Of a stretch of DNA of 64,000 nucleotides, positions 38,240 to 46,109 are shown piece by piece; the stretch's first letter is position 1; each line of letters begins with the position of its first letter. The notes beneath the pieces were generated by a model. That model saw only the letters and a list, made by a program, of their open reading frames with translations, ran no database searches and was not told the DNA's origin. The position numbers and the translations under genes were made by a program. The stretch covers positions 121,089 through 185,088 of the forward strand of contig JAHIRB010000007.1 of NCBI GenBank assembly GCA_018818885.1, read 5' to 3'. This DNA comes from Patescibacteria group bacterium. GTDB taxonomy: Bacteria > Patescibacteriota > Patescibacteriia > Buchananbacterales > SURF-54.

Positions 38240-38713
38240 CTATTCCAGACCCAAAATAAAGCTGATGATCTTTCCTATTACAGCAAGTATTGGCCAGAGT
38301 ATGTGTATCCAAATCCACGGAACAATTACAAATATTAACCATGCAAGCAAGGCAAGGAATATATAGCCAAAAATAAAGATTGGCCAAAATATTACAGACA
38401 ATGCTTTTCCCGCTTTATATTCCCAATCTTTTATATCTTCTTTTTCATATCTTACGATATTACTGTCTTTTTCATTTAGTAGAAATGCTAAGTCGTCTGG
38501 GAAAGGAGAAATTTTATCTAATATATTTAAACAAAATATATGTGGCTTCAGGATAAGCCAATCGTTTACGTCACCCATGGTTAATAATCTTCCAATCGCA
38601 ATGTAAATTATAATTGCGAGAAGTAAATTACATTTTGTGATCAGAGGTTTTAGTTTTAACATTTCAATTTTGATTTTCATATCCATTTCCTTTTTAATGA
38701 CGCGCTGACACAA
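38240..38713 (-). CDS. Hypothetical membrane protein
   Basis: 157 aa with 3-4 predicted TM helices; AT-rich like the host genome. Confidence 0.45.
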   Translation of the reverse strand: MCQRVIKKEMDMKIKIEMLKLKPLITKCNLLLAIIIYIAIGRLLTMGDVNDWLILKPHIFCLNILDKISPFPDDLAFLLNEKDSNIVRYEKEDIKDWEYKAGKALSVIFWPIFIFGYIFLALLAWLIFVIVPWIWIHILWPILAVIGKIISFILGLE

Positions 38714-38733
38714 GACCTAGTTTTAACGAACAA

Positions 38734-38876
38734 TTGTCAAAAAATTATTCTTGACTTAGTATTATACTATACGTTACAAAACTTGTCAATGATTTTGACA
38801 TAATAATTCAGTAATTATGCTTAAATTAGAGCAAAATAATTACATACTAAAAAAATGTTGTCAAAATACTTGACAA
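38734..38876 (+). promoter_or_regulatory. trmB promoter region with three TTGTCAA-N5/10-TTGACA(A) palindromic operator-like sites
   Basis: Sites at 38734-38756, 38783-38800 and 38858-38876 (the last is a perfect TTGTCAA-aatac-TTGACAA). The last TTGACA also serves as the -35 box: 17-nt spacer, TATAAT at about 38892-38897, ATG at 38907, so the mRNA is near-leaderless. Confidence 0.4.
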
Positions 38877-38906
38877 AATTTCTCAGATGATATATAATAA
38901 ATATGT

Positions 38907-39638
38907 ATGGATATAGAAACAACACTACAACAATTTGGCCTTGATAATAAGGGGGTAAAGGTCTATTTAGCCCTATTGCAACTAGGCAAAGCCTCTGTTT
39001 TAAATATCGCAGCAAAAGCTGGAATAAAACGTCCTACTGCATATTTGATTTTAGATAATTTGATAGAAAAAGGCTTAGCTTCTAAAATACCTAGAAAAGG
39101 AAAAACCACCTTTTATGCGGAAGACCCAAAAAAATTAGTACAAATTTTAGAAAAAAGACAAAAACAAGTCGAAAAAATAATCCCCGACTTATTATCTATC
39201 TATAATATAAAAGCTGATAAACCAAAGGTTTTACTTTATGAAGGTAAGGAAGGTGTTGAACAAGTATATACAACAATAATGAACTCAAAAGAAATTTGGT
39301 GGTTTGGTAGCTTGTTAACTGTTTACGAAAATTTTAAAAATATGTTTGACTTATTTGAAGAAAGAATTAACAGTAATAAAATTAAAATGGCCAAGGATTT
39401 TATTGGTAATAGCCAATGGGAAATAAACTATGCAAAAAATAACCAGAGAGCTAATCACGAAATACGTATTAGTCCTCTACCAGTTGAGATCGATTTTTCT
39501 TTATTTGAAGATAAAGTAGCAATATTATCTCACCAAGATAATTTATATGCTGTTGTGATACAAGATAAAAAAATAGTTGAAAGTTTTAAAAGTTTATATG
39601 AATTAGCATGGTCAAGCGTTGAAAAGGTAAAAAAATAA
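38907..39638 (+). CDS. trmB: TrmB-family transcriptional regulator
   Basis: N-terminal winged HTH (KVYLALLQLGKASVLNIAAKAGIKRPTAYLILDNLIEKGLA) and TrmB-like C-terminal domain. Confidence 0.7.
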   Translation: MDIETTLQQFGLDNKGVKVYLALLQLGKASVLNIAAKAGIKRPTAYLILDNLIEKGLASKIPRKGKTTFYAEDPKKLVQILEKRQKQVEKIIPDLLSIYNIKADKPKVLLYEGKEGVEQVYTTIMNSKEIWWFGSLLTVYENFKNMFDLFEERINSNKIKMAKDFIGNSQWEINYAKNNQRANHEIRISPLPVEIDFSLFEDKVAILSHQDNLYAVVIQDKKIVESFKSLYELAWSSVEKVKK

Positions 39639-39644
39639 ATTAAC

Positions 39645-39688
39645 AAAACAAAAATACCTCTTAATTGTATGAGGTATTTTTGTTTTTA
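39645..39688. terminator. Bidirectional rho-independent terminator between convergent genes
   Basis: AAAAATACCTC-ttaattgtat-GAGGTATTTTT, with T/A runs on both sides. Confidence 0.65.
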
Positions 39689-39696
39689 TATAAATT

Positions 39697-40839
39697 CTAT
39701 TTTGCTTCGCCCAAAAACGCTTCTACTACTCTTTCTTGTTCCTCTCTTATCACCACAAGCTCAATATCATCCCCTATTCTGTATTCTTGTATAAGTTGAG
39801 TTAATGTATTCTTGTTATCTACTGGCACTCCATCAACAGAAATAATAATATCATCAATTTTGAGTTCTGCTTGATATGCTGGAGAAGTACGAGATGGATC
39901 TTGATAAATTAATGCTCCGTTTTTTTGTTGTGTTGTATTAGTATCTGATAGATCTATATACTTTAGCCCTAATCCAGGCCTTTGGATTTCTCCTTGTCTT
40001 AAAACACCCAAGATAACACTAAAAAAATAATTAGTTGGTATTACTTTTTGCAATTCCCCTATTTTGGTTTTTTCTAAAACACCAATTACTTCTCCGCCTA
40101 AATTAACCACTGCGGAACCTAAATAAGCATTGGCTAGCTCATCTTTAAGTAAAATATATTTATAAAAAATTTCTGTAGACCTAATAGCAGTTTTGCCATC
40201 GTCTTTAAAGTTTAGATTTTCTATGTTGGTTATTGTACTTTGTCCAACAGAGTTCATCACAACAACTGTTTGGCCAATAGTTGATTCTTTCCAATCACCC
40301 AAAACTACTGGGGTTAAATTATGTGCATTAATTTTTATAAACGATACATTGGTTAAAGTGTCAGAGACTATTTCATCGATATCATGAGTAGTTTTGTCTA
40401 AAAGCACTGTTAATTGTTTTGAACCATAATTTTTTATTGTTGAGCTTTGGCAGGTTAACCAGCCATCACTAGTTAAAACAAAACAATTGGCTAATAGATC
40501 GTCTTCCAAATAAATATTTTTAGCGATATCACTAGTTTGAGATTTTTTTAAATATAATCCTGCCAAACTTAACCCAATTTTTTGAGACAGATTTTCTACT
40601 ACTATATCTTGTTGTGTACCAGAAAAACTTCTTATTCTGCGAAGTTCAGGAATATCAGCAACATTGGTGTTTATGTTGTAAGCATAGGTGTATGGTTCTA
40701 AGTATGGATCAATATAAACATGGCTGACCATTTGTCCTACAACACCTGCGGAAAATCCAAAAATTGTAGCAATAATTACAATTCTCACTATCATTGCATC
40801 GCTACTTGGTTTAAATATTTTTGGTATTTTTAAATCCAT
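39697..40839 (-). CDS. HtrA/DegP-like trypsin-fold serine protease with C-terminal PDZ domain, membrane-anchored
   Basis: N-terminal TM. Protease-like core with GSAVVNLGGEVIGV (GNSGGPL-like). PDZ-like C-terminus (GALIYQ...DDIIISVDGVPV). Confidence 0.5.
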   Translation of the reverse strand: MDLKIPKIFKPSSDAMIVRIVIIATIFGFSAGVVGQMVSHVYIDPYLEPYTYAYNINTNVADIPELRRIRSFSGTQQDIVVENLSQKIGLSLAGLYLKKSQTSDIAKNIYLEDDLLANCFVLTSDGWLTCQSSTIKNYGSKQLTVLLDKTTHDIDEIVSDTLTNVSFIKINAHNLTPVVLGDWKESTIGQTVVVMNSVGQSTITNIENLNFKDDGKTAIRSTEIFYKYILLKDELANAYLGSAVVNLGGEVIGVLEKTKIGELQKVIPTNYFFSVILGVLRQGEIQRPGLGLKYIDLSDTNTTQQKNGALIYQDPSRTSPAYQAELKIDDIIISVDGVPVDNKNTLTQLIQEYRIGDDIELVVIREEQERVVEAFLGEAK

Positions 40840-41594
40840 TTTGCGCTTAGTAAAGTTATTAAAATTATTATTATTAAAACTGTAGTATACCTTTTAATTA
40901 CGCTTTTGTCTAGTATGCCAAGCAATTGGTTTAGTGTAAGGCCAACAACGACGTAGTAGATGGATGCCAGTAAAATAGCGTTAACATAAATACTAGTTGG
41001 TAAAAATGCGATGACCCAGAACCCTTGTACTATAAGCAAAGTGGTGACTAAAATATATAACCAGCTTTGTTCGAAATTAATTTTAGCAATCCACATGGTA
41101 TGATAGGTTGCAAGCATAGAAAAAATGCCTGCTAAAATTAACACTATCCAAACTGAAATTTGTAAAAAAATTATGTACCCAAATAAACTTGTATAGATAA
41201 AAAACAGTGCAATCAAATTAAAATAACTAGAAAAATTCTGCATCCCGTAAGTTTGATATTTTTCTGGTTTGTAATTGAATGAATATAAATTTTCTAAATA
41301 TAGTCCTAGCAATATAGAAATAACTATTATAAATCCGATTTTTAACCATCGCATCTCTAGAAAAATAATAAAATTAAGCGAACCTAATACATACAAAAAC
41401 GGACTAATAAAAAAATACCATAATTTTTTGTTTTTAAAATGTAGGCCTGTCAAGAAAAAAATTGCTAATACAATTACAATTAATAACGAGGGGCTTAACC
41501 AAAAAAAGGTTTTTGGCCTATTTATAATTTCATATAAAATCGAAAAGGACAACAAGGCAGTAAGCGCAGGAACAATTCTTACAAAATTTCTCAT
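40830..41594 (-). CDS. Hypothetical polytopic membrane protein
   Basis: 254 aa, at least 7 TM helices. Confidence 0.4.
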   Translation of the reverse strand: MRNFVRIVPALTALLSFSILYEIINRPKTFFWLSPSLLIVIVLAIFFLTGLHFKNKKLWYFFISPFLYVLGSLNFIIFLEMRWLKIGFIIVISILLGLYLENLYSFNYKPEKYQTYGMQNFSSYFNLIALFFIYTSLFGYIIFLQISVWIVLILAGIFSMLATYHTMWIAKINFEQSWLYILVTTLLIVQGFWVIAFLPTSIYVNAILLASIYYVVVGLTLNQLLGILDKSVIKRYTTVLIIIILITLLSAKWI

Positions 41595-42332
41595 TTATTT
41601 TAATTGTGCATTAATATTTAATTTTGTTTCTTCTAAGGCAATACTAGTGATATTGCCAAATTCTGTGATGGTTTTGTTATACTCTTCTATTTGAGACCTT
41701 AAAACATTATCTATAATGAAATTTGCTAAGATGGTTGGAATTGGCATATTGCCAAGTGCAATATTTGTAACATCAAAATCAAATAATCCATCTTTTGCTA
41801 TTGGTACTACCCCTAAAGTTAAATATGCGTCTACTGGTTCATTAAGGTGACCAAAAATTTCAATGTTTTTTGTAGTGATAACTGCTTGCAATTGATCAAT
41901 GCTTGAATCATCGTTTGCGGCTATTGGCTCATTTAGCATAGTTGTTAATTGGCCTTCGGTCAAAACAAAATTTAGTTCTTTTGATGGCGTTAACCCAGCA
42001 AAATTTTGAGTAATGATATTCTCGATAGTATCAGAATCTGTTGGCACTACCACTCTAGTAGGTTGGGGTTGCTGATAAAAATATTTAGTAAATACTGGTA
42101 TTTCAAACAGCCCTGTTTTTGCAAACATGGCAAGTGTTAATATGGCTAATACAATTGCGATAATCATATAGCCAAAACAACAAGTACTAATTCTATTTCT
42201 TTTCCATTTTCTTTCCCTTCTTTCAAAATCCTTTGGTGTCTGTAGTTTTTCTTTTTTGTTCTTAATTTTCTGTAATCTCTTAAATTCTGGTGTGTCTTGC
42301 ACTCTGGTTGGTTTTGAATCTACTCTTACCAT
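41595..42332 (-). CDS. Hypothetical membrane-anchored protein
   Basis: Basic N-terminus, single TM (MIIAIVLAILTLAMFA), extracytoplasmic domain. Confidence 0.4.
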   Translation of the reverse strand: MVRVDSKPTRVQDTPEFKRLQKIKNKKEKLQTPKDFERRERKWKRNRISTCCFGYMIIAIVLAILTLAMFAKTGLFEIPVFTKYFYQQPQPTRVVVPTDSDTIENIITQNFAGLTPSKELNFVLTEGQLTTMLNEPIAANDDSSIDQLQAVITTKNIEIFGHLNEPVDAYLTLGVVPIAKDGLFDFDVTNIALGNMPIPTILANFIIDNVLRSQIEEYNKTITEFGNITSIALEETKLNINAQLK

Positions 42333-42336
42333 ATAA

Positions 42337-42735
42337 TCAATTGTTAAGCCAAGGGTATTGTGTTACCATTTGGTTAATTTTTGCTATCCCTTCTTCAATT
42401 TTTCCCTGGTCGATTTCTTTTTGTCCGTCTTGAATTAAATCAAAAGCAATAACTAAATTTAAGTGTAATAATTGATAATCAGAAGGAACAGTTAATTCCA
42501 ACAGGTCGTCGATTACGTTATCAAAATTTTGCTTTTGAAAATAAGGTTTGAGTACATCTTCTACATTCTTTTCGTATTCTTTGATTAATTTAGTATTGGT
42601 GACTTGTTGTTGATTTGGTTGAATTAAATCTGTAACCTTATTTTTAACATTTGGGGAAACAAAATAAATAGTTATCAAGATAACTATCAATGCCAAACTT
42701 CCTATCAAAATAATTGATATGTTTTTTTTACACAT
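42337..42735 (-). CDS. Hypothetical membrane-anchored protein
   Basis: N-terminal TM; 132 aa. Confidence 0.4.
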   Translation of the reverse strand: MCKKNISIILIGSLALIVILITIYFVSPNVKNKVTDLIQPNQQQVTNTKLIKEYEKNVEDVLKPYFQKQNFDNVIDDLLELTVPSDYQLLHLNLVIAFDLIQDGQKEIDQGKIEEGIAKINQMVTQYPWLNN

Positions 42736-42750
42736 TTTTGCTAGATGTTA

Positions 42751-43494
42751 TTACTTCTTTTTAAAACCTTCAAATGCACGCAAAACTTCCAAAGGAATCG
42801 CAAAAATAACTGTATTGGATTGATCTGAAGACAAATCGTTAAGAGACTGTAAAGTTCTTAAATGTAAGGCTCCTGCTGATTGGGCTAATATATCTGCAGC
42901 TTTTCCCATATTAGTTGCTGCAATAACCTCTCCTTCGGCTTTGATAATGACTGCACGCTTTTCTCTTTCTGCTTCTGCTTGTTTAGCAATTGTACGCTTC
43001 ATTTCTTCTGGCAGCTCAATATGCTTTAGATCTACTGACACAACTTTAATTCCCCAAGGATCTGTTGCTTTGTCTACTAATTGTTGAATTCTATCTGAAA
43101 CCATATCACGTTTTGCAAGTAAATCGTCAAGATCTACTTCGCCAACAACATCTCTCATAGTTGTTTGTGCTAATTGTGAAGTTGCATAAGTAAATTGTTC
43201 AACTTCGATAATTGCTGTTTTGGCATCTGCAACCTTGTAATATAATACTGCATTGACGTTAACTGAAACGTTGTCTTTAGTAATTGCATCTTGATCTGGC
43301 ACATCAATTGCCCTGACACGCATATCAACCTTCATTGAACTCTGAATCACAGGAAATACCAAGCGCCACCCTGGTTTCATAACTGATTGAAATTTACCTA
43401 GCATGAATTTTATTCCACGCTCGTATTCATTAATTTGTCGTATACTAATTACAATAACTAGTAATACTAGACCAATGGCCCATAAAATTCCCAT
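42751..43494 (-). CDS. SPFH/band-7 (stomatin/prohibitin-like) protein
   Basis: N-terminal TM plus SPFH core (VDMRVRAIDVPDQDAITKDNVSVNVNAVLYYKV...) and coiled-coil tail. Confidence 0.8.
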   Translation of the reverse strand: MGILWAIGLVLLVIVISIRQINEYERGIKFMLGKFQSVMKPGWRLVFPVIQSSMKVDMRVRAIDVPDQDAITKDNVSVNVNAVLYYKVADAKTAIIEVEQFTYATSQLAQTTMRDVVGEVDLDDLLAKRDMVSDRIQQLVDKATDPWGIKVVSVDLKHIELPEEMKRTIAKQAEAEREKRAVIIKAEGEVIAATNMGKAADILAQSAGALHLRTLQSLNDLSSDQSNTVIFAIPLEVLRAFEGFKKK

Positions 43495-43520
43495 AAATTT
43501 AAATATTAATATTTAGACTA

Positions 43521-43865
43521 TTAGAAATTGATAATTACAAGAAAAACTAAAACTGCCGCAAAAAATAATGTACTGAGAGAAATACCTAAAACTTGCATTG
43601 CTTCTTTATATTTTTTTTCATGCCATAAATATGCTGGACCACCCAAGACCATCAAAGCTGATACAGTAGCAGAGAAAATAAAAATTAGTAAAAACAAAAC
43701 TGGCATTAAAATGGTAAAATCACTATCTTGTGTTTGAAAAAATCTTCCAATATTATTCATAATAAAAACTACACCTAAGATGTAGCAAAACTGAGCAAGT
43801 CCGGCTAAGATGCCATAATTAGCTAATGCTCTTGAATCAATTTTTTTTCTTTTTAGAATGGACAT
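43521..43865 (-). CDS. Small membrane protein (possible stomatin-operon partner)
   Basis: 114 aa, 3 TM helices. Confidence 0.4.
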   Translation of the reverse strand: MSILKRKKIDSRALANYGILAGLAQFCYILGVVFIMNNIGRFFQTQDSDFTILMPVLFLLIFIFSATVSALMVLGGPAYLWHEKKYKEAMQVLGISLSTLFFAAVLVFLVIINF

Positions 43866-43984
43866 ATATTTTTTAAGTTAATAAAGTTATAAAGCGACGG
43901 AGAGATGAAGTTTTTAAATATCTATACTTTATCGCTATATAACTCTATCGCTTTATCGCTTCCTAAATAAATTATGTAATACTA

Positions 43985-44323
43985 CTACAACTCAAAACCT
44001 CCACGTTCCATTTCCATCTCGATCCAACTCTCTGAATCTTCATTGTACTGATAAGCTTTAAACTTGTGTACTTTTTCCGTATCAGAATAAATATATTCTA
44101 CCTGCGTATCCGAACCAATCCTACGCGAACCAATTGTTTTTTTATCAATCACTAATGGTTGGGTAGTTCTTTCAAGGCGCATCTTGCCAAGCGGACCAGT
44201 AAATTCGATAATTTCGACTTCGCCCTTTCCTCTTTCTTCTGGCAATATTTCTATACGCTCGTCTAATAATTCAAAATTGTCTTGTATTTTTGCTTTGATA
44301 TCAAGCCATTTTTCGTCGGTCAT
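43985..44323 (-). CDS. Hypothetical protein
   Basis: 112-aa acidic soluble protein. Confidence 0.4.
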   Translation of the reverse strand: MTDEKWLDIKAKIQDNFELLDERIEILPEERGKGEVEIIEFTGPLGKMRLERTTQPLVIDKKTIGSRRIGSDTQVEYIYSDTEKVHKFKAYQYNEDSESWIEMEMERGGFEL

Positions 44324-44437
44324 ATGCGTGAAGTTAAGTGGTGTTAATGAAGTTAGTAAGTTATGGAGTTAATGAAGATATGAAATTAATGTAGAACTTT
44401 CATTAATTGCATTAACTTCGTGACTCCACCACTTCTA

Positions 44438-44899
44438 TTATAACAAAAACTCGTCTTTCTTCAAAAGGTATTGATGGGTTTTCTTAAGTAAGTCCTGTTG
44501 CTCTTGATAGTAACCACGCTTTAGAGATGTCTCGTAGTCGAACCAGCCCCAATCAAGATGTTCTTTAGAAATACTAATTTTTTCTTTTTCAGTTTGTGCT
44601 AGATAGTAGACAGAAACATTATAAATTTTTTTCTTTATACCATCTTCAATTTCTACATCAAAATCATATTCAATTTCTTCTCTAAAATCACGTATAAAAA
44701 AAATGTCATTTTTCTTCAATCCAGTCTCTTCTTCTAATTCCCTTAAAGCTGTTAGCATTTCATCTCCTTCTTCGCCCGGATCAACTCGTCCAGATGGCGA
44801 TTTCCAATAAACACCTTCTTGATGCCGGAGTAAAAGATATTTTATATTTCTACCTTTTTTTCTAAATATAATTATTCCTACGTCTTTTTGTTTGATCAT
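44438..44899 (-). CDS. NUDIX hydrolase
   Basis: Nudix box GRVDPGEEGDEMLTALRELEEETGL. Confidence 0.8.
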   Translation of the reverse strand: MIKQKDVGIIIFRKKGRNIKYLLLRHQEGVYWKSPSGRVDPGEEGDEMLTALRELEEETGLKKNDIFFIRDFREEIEYDFDVEIEDGIKKKIYNVSVYYLAQTEKEKISISKEHLDWGWFDYETSLKRGYYQEQQDLLKKTHQYLLKKDEFLL

Positions 44900-44930
44900 A
44901 CAACTATCATTTTAGCTTATTTTGTAGAAT

Positions 44931-44959
44931 TTGACAAAGGCTAATTTTAATTCTAATAT
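44931..44959 (+). promoter_or_regulatory. Candidate sigma70-type promoter facing a GC-rich structured region
   Basis: TTGACA 44931-44936, 17-nt spacer, TAATAT 44954-44959. Confidence 0.4.
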
Positions 44960-44984
44960 AATTAAATTAGAACCTTGATATCAC

Positions 44985-45245
44985 CGATAAATTCTCGAGG
45001 CTAATCTTATATTGGTTATGAGATGATGGGGCAGGTTTAAGTCGCGCGGGAGACTTGCCTGTCCTGCCTCGAGAAAATTTTTTGACCGCCGGTTGCAGGG
45101 TCGTATCTGCATCAATGTATGCAGCATCGATTCTATTTACCACCACCTTCTGGCGGTCTTTTTTTACATTAAAACAAGAGCCGAGGCATCTTGCCTCGGC
45201 TCTTGTAATATTTGGTGAGGCAAGATGCCTCACTATGATGCATGA
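44985..45245 (+). ncRNA. Candidate small structured RNA / attenuator-like element (GC-rich island)
   Basis: GC-rich in an AT-rich genome. Competing pairings: TCTCGAGGC (44993-45001) with GCCTCGAGA (45066-45074), versus GGCAGG (45030-45035) with CCTGCC (45063-45068) plus a T-run. Second stem GACCGCC/GGCGGTC plus T7. Two perfect palindromic hairpins at 45176-45206 and 45222-45240. No convincing ORF. Confidence 0.3.
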
Positions 45246-45250
45246 TTGAT

Positions 45251-46108
45251 TTATTTAAATTCTTCTAGAAATTCTGAAATATCACCTGACGTTACACCTT
45301 GTTCTACAAGTGACTTATCTTTTATTTGAGGTAATTGTGATTCATAACTTGATTGATCTCCTACATACAATACGCCGATAGGAATTTTTTCTCCCCACTC
45401 ACCTGCTTTAATTAACGCAGCATCTTTATCTTTTGTATTCCAATTTTCATCTTCTAATTTGTATATACGTTCTTTGTACCATTGAAAAGTATTTACTTTA
45501 TTCCAAGTAATGCATGGCTGTAACACATCAACTAAAGAAAATCCTTTGTGTTCTATTGCTTGCTTAAATATTTCTTTACAATGTTTGATATCACCGGCAA
45601 AAGTTCTGGCAACAAAACTAGCACCTTGAGGGATAGCTACTTGTAATGGATGGAATGGCTGTTCAAGCTGGCCTGAAGGCGTAGTTTTTGTTTCCATACC
45701 TGTATCTGTTGTTGGTGATGCTTGGCCAGTTGTTAAGCCGTATATCTGATTATTATGTATAAGCAAAGTGATATCAAAATTCATTCTACAACCATGCAAA
45801 AAATGGTTACCACCTTCACCATAACCTCCGCCATCACCAGAAGCTGCAATTACTTTTAAATTGTGATTTGCCATTTTAATAGCCTCTGCAACAGGAACAG
45901 TTCTACCATGCAAGCTATGAAAACCATATAAATTATGCCAGTTAACTCCATTACCACAACAACCAATATCAAAAACCATTGCTATTTGGTGTGGTTCTAA
46001 ACCTAGTTCTGAAAGTGATTCCTTAAAACCTTGCCACAAACCAAAATTACCACAACCAGGACACCAGGTTGGAGTTACGTGAGTATTGAAGTCTTGTGGT
46101 TTAGCCAT
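45251..46108 (-). CDS. porB: 2-oxoacid:ferredoxin oxidoreductase beta subunit (TPP-binding; pyruvate/2-ketoisovalerate type)
   Basis: WCPGCGNFG N-terminal motif and TPP-binding GDGG region. Confidence 0.85.
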   Translation of the reverse strand: MAKPQDFNTHVTPTWCPGCGNFGLWQGFKESLSELGLEPHQIAMVFDIGCCGNGVNWHNLYGFHSLHGRTVPVAEAIKMANHNLKVIAASGDGGGYGEGGNHFLHGCRMNFDITLLIHNNQIYGLTTGQASPTTDTGMETKTTPSGQLEQPFHPLQVAIPQGASFVARTFAGDIKHCKEIFKQAIEHKGFSLVDVLQPCITWNKVNTFQWYKERIYKLEDENWNTKDKDAALIKAGEWGEKIPIGVLYVGDQSSYESQLPQIKDKSLVEQGVTSGDISEFLEEFK

Positions 46109-46109
46109 A

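Noticed and set aside
37553-38259. Plus-strand ORFs 37553-37741, 37690-37899, 37830-38087, 37978-38259 in the GC-rich island
   Set aside because: They overlap minus-strand genes with domain support (ACT) or TM content. GC-rich sequence yields long spurious frames.
38821-39015. Minus-strand 64-aa ORF overlapping the trmB promoter/start
   Set aside because: It overlaps operator palindromes and the trmB N-terminus; no motifs.
45020-45150. tmRNA or SRP RNA identity for the GGGGCAGG...CCACCACC segment
   Set aside because: Too short for tmRNA, with no tag reading frame or T-arm. It lacks the SRP domain IV AGGUCAGG...GGAAG.AGCAGC signature.
44967-45233. Minus-strand 88-aa ORF in the GC-rich structured region
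   Set aside because: Ala/Arg/Pro-rich translation of palindromic hairpins; no motifs. The region is better explained as structured RNA or terminators.
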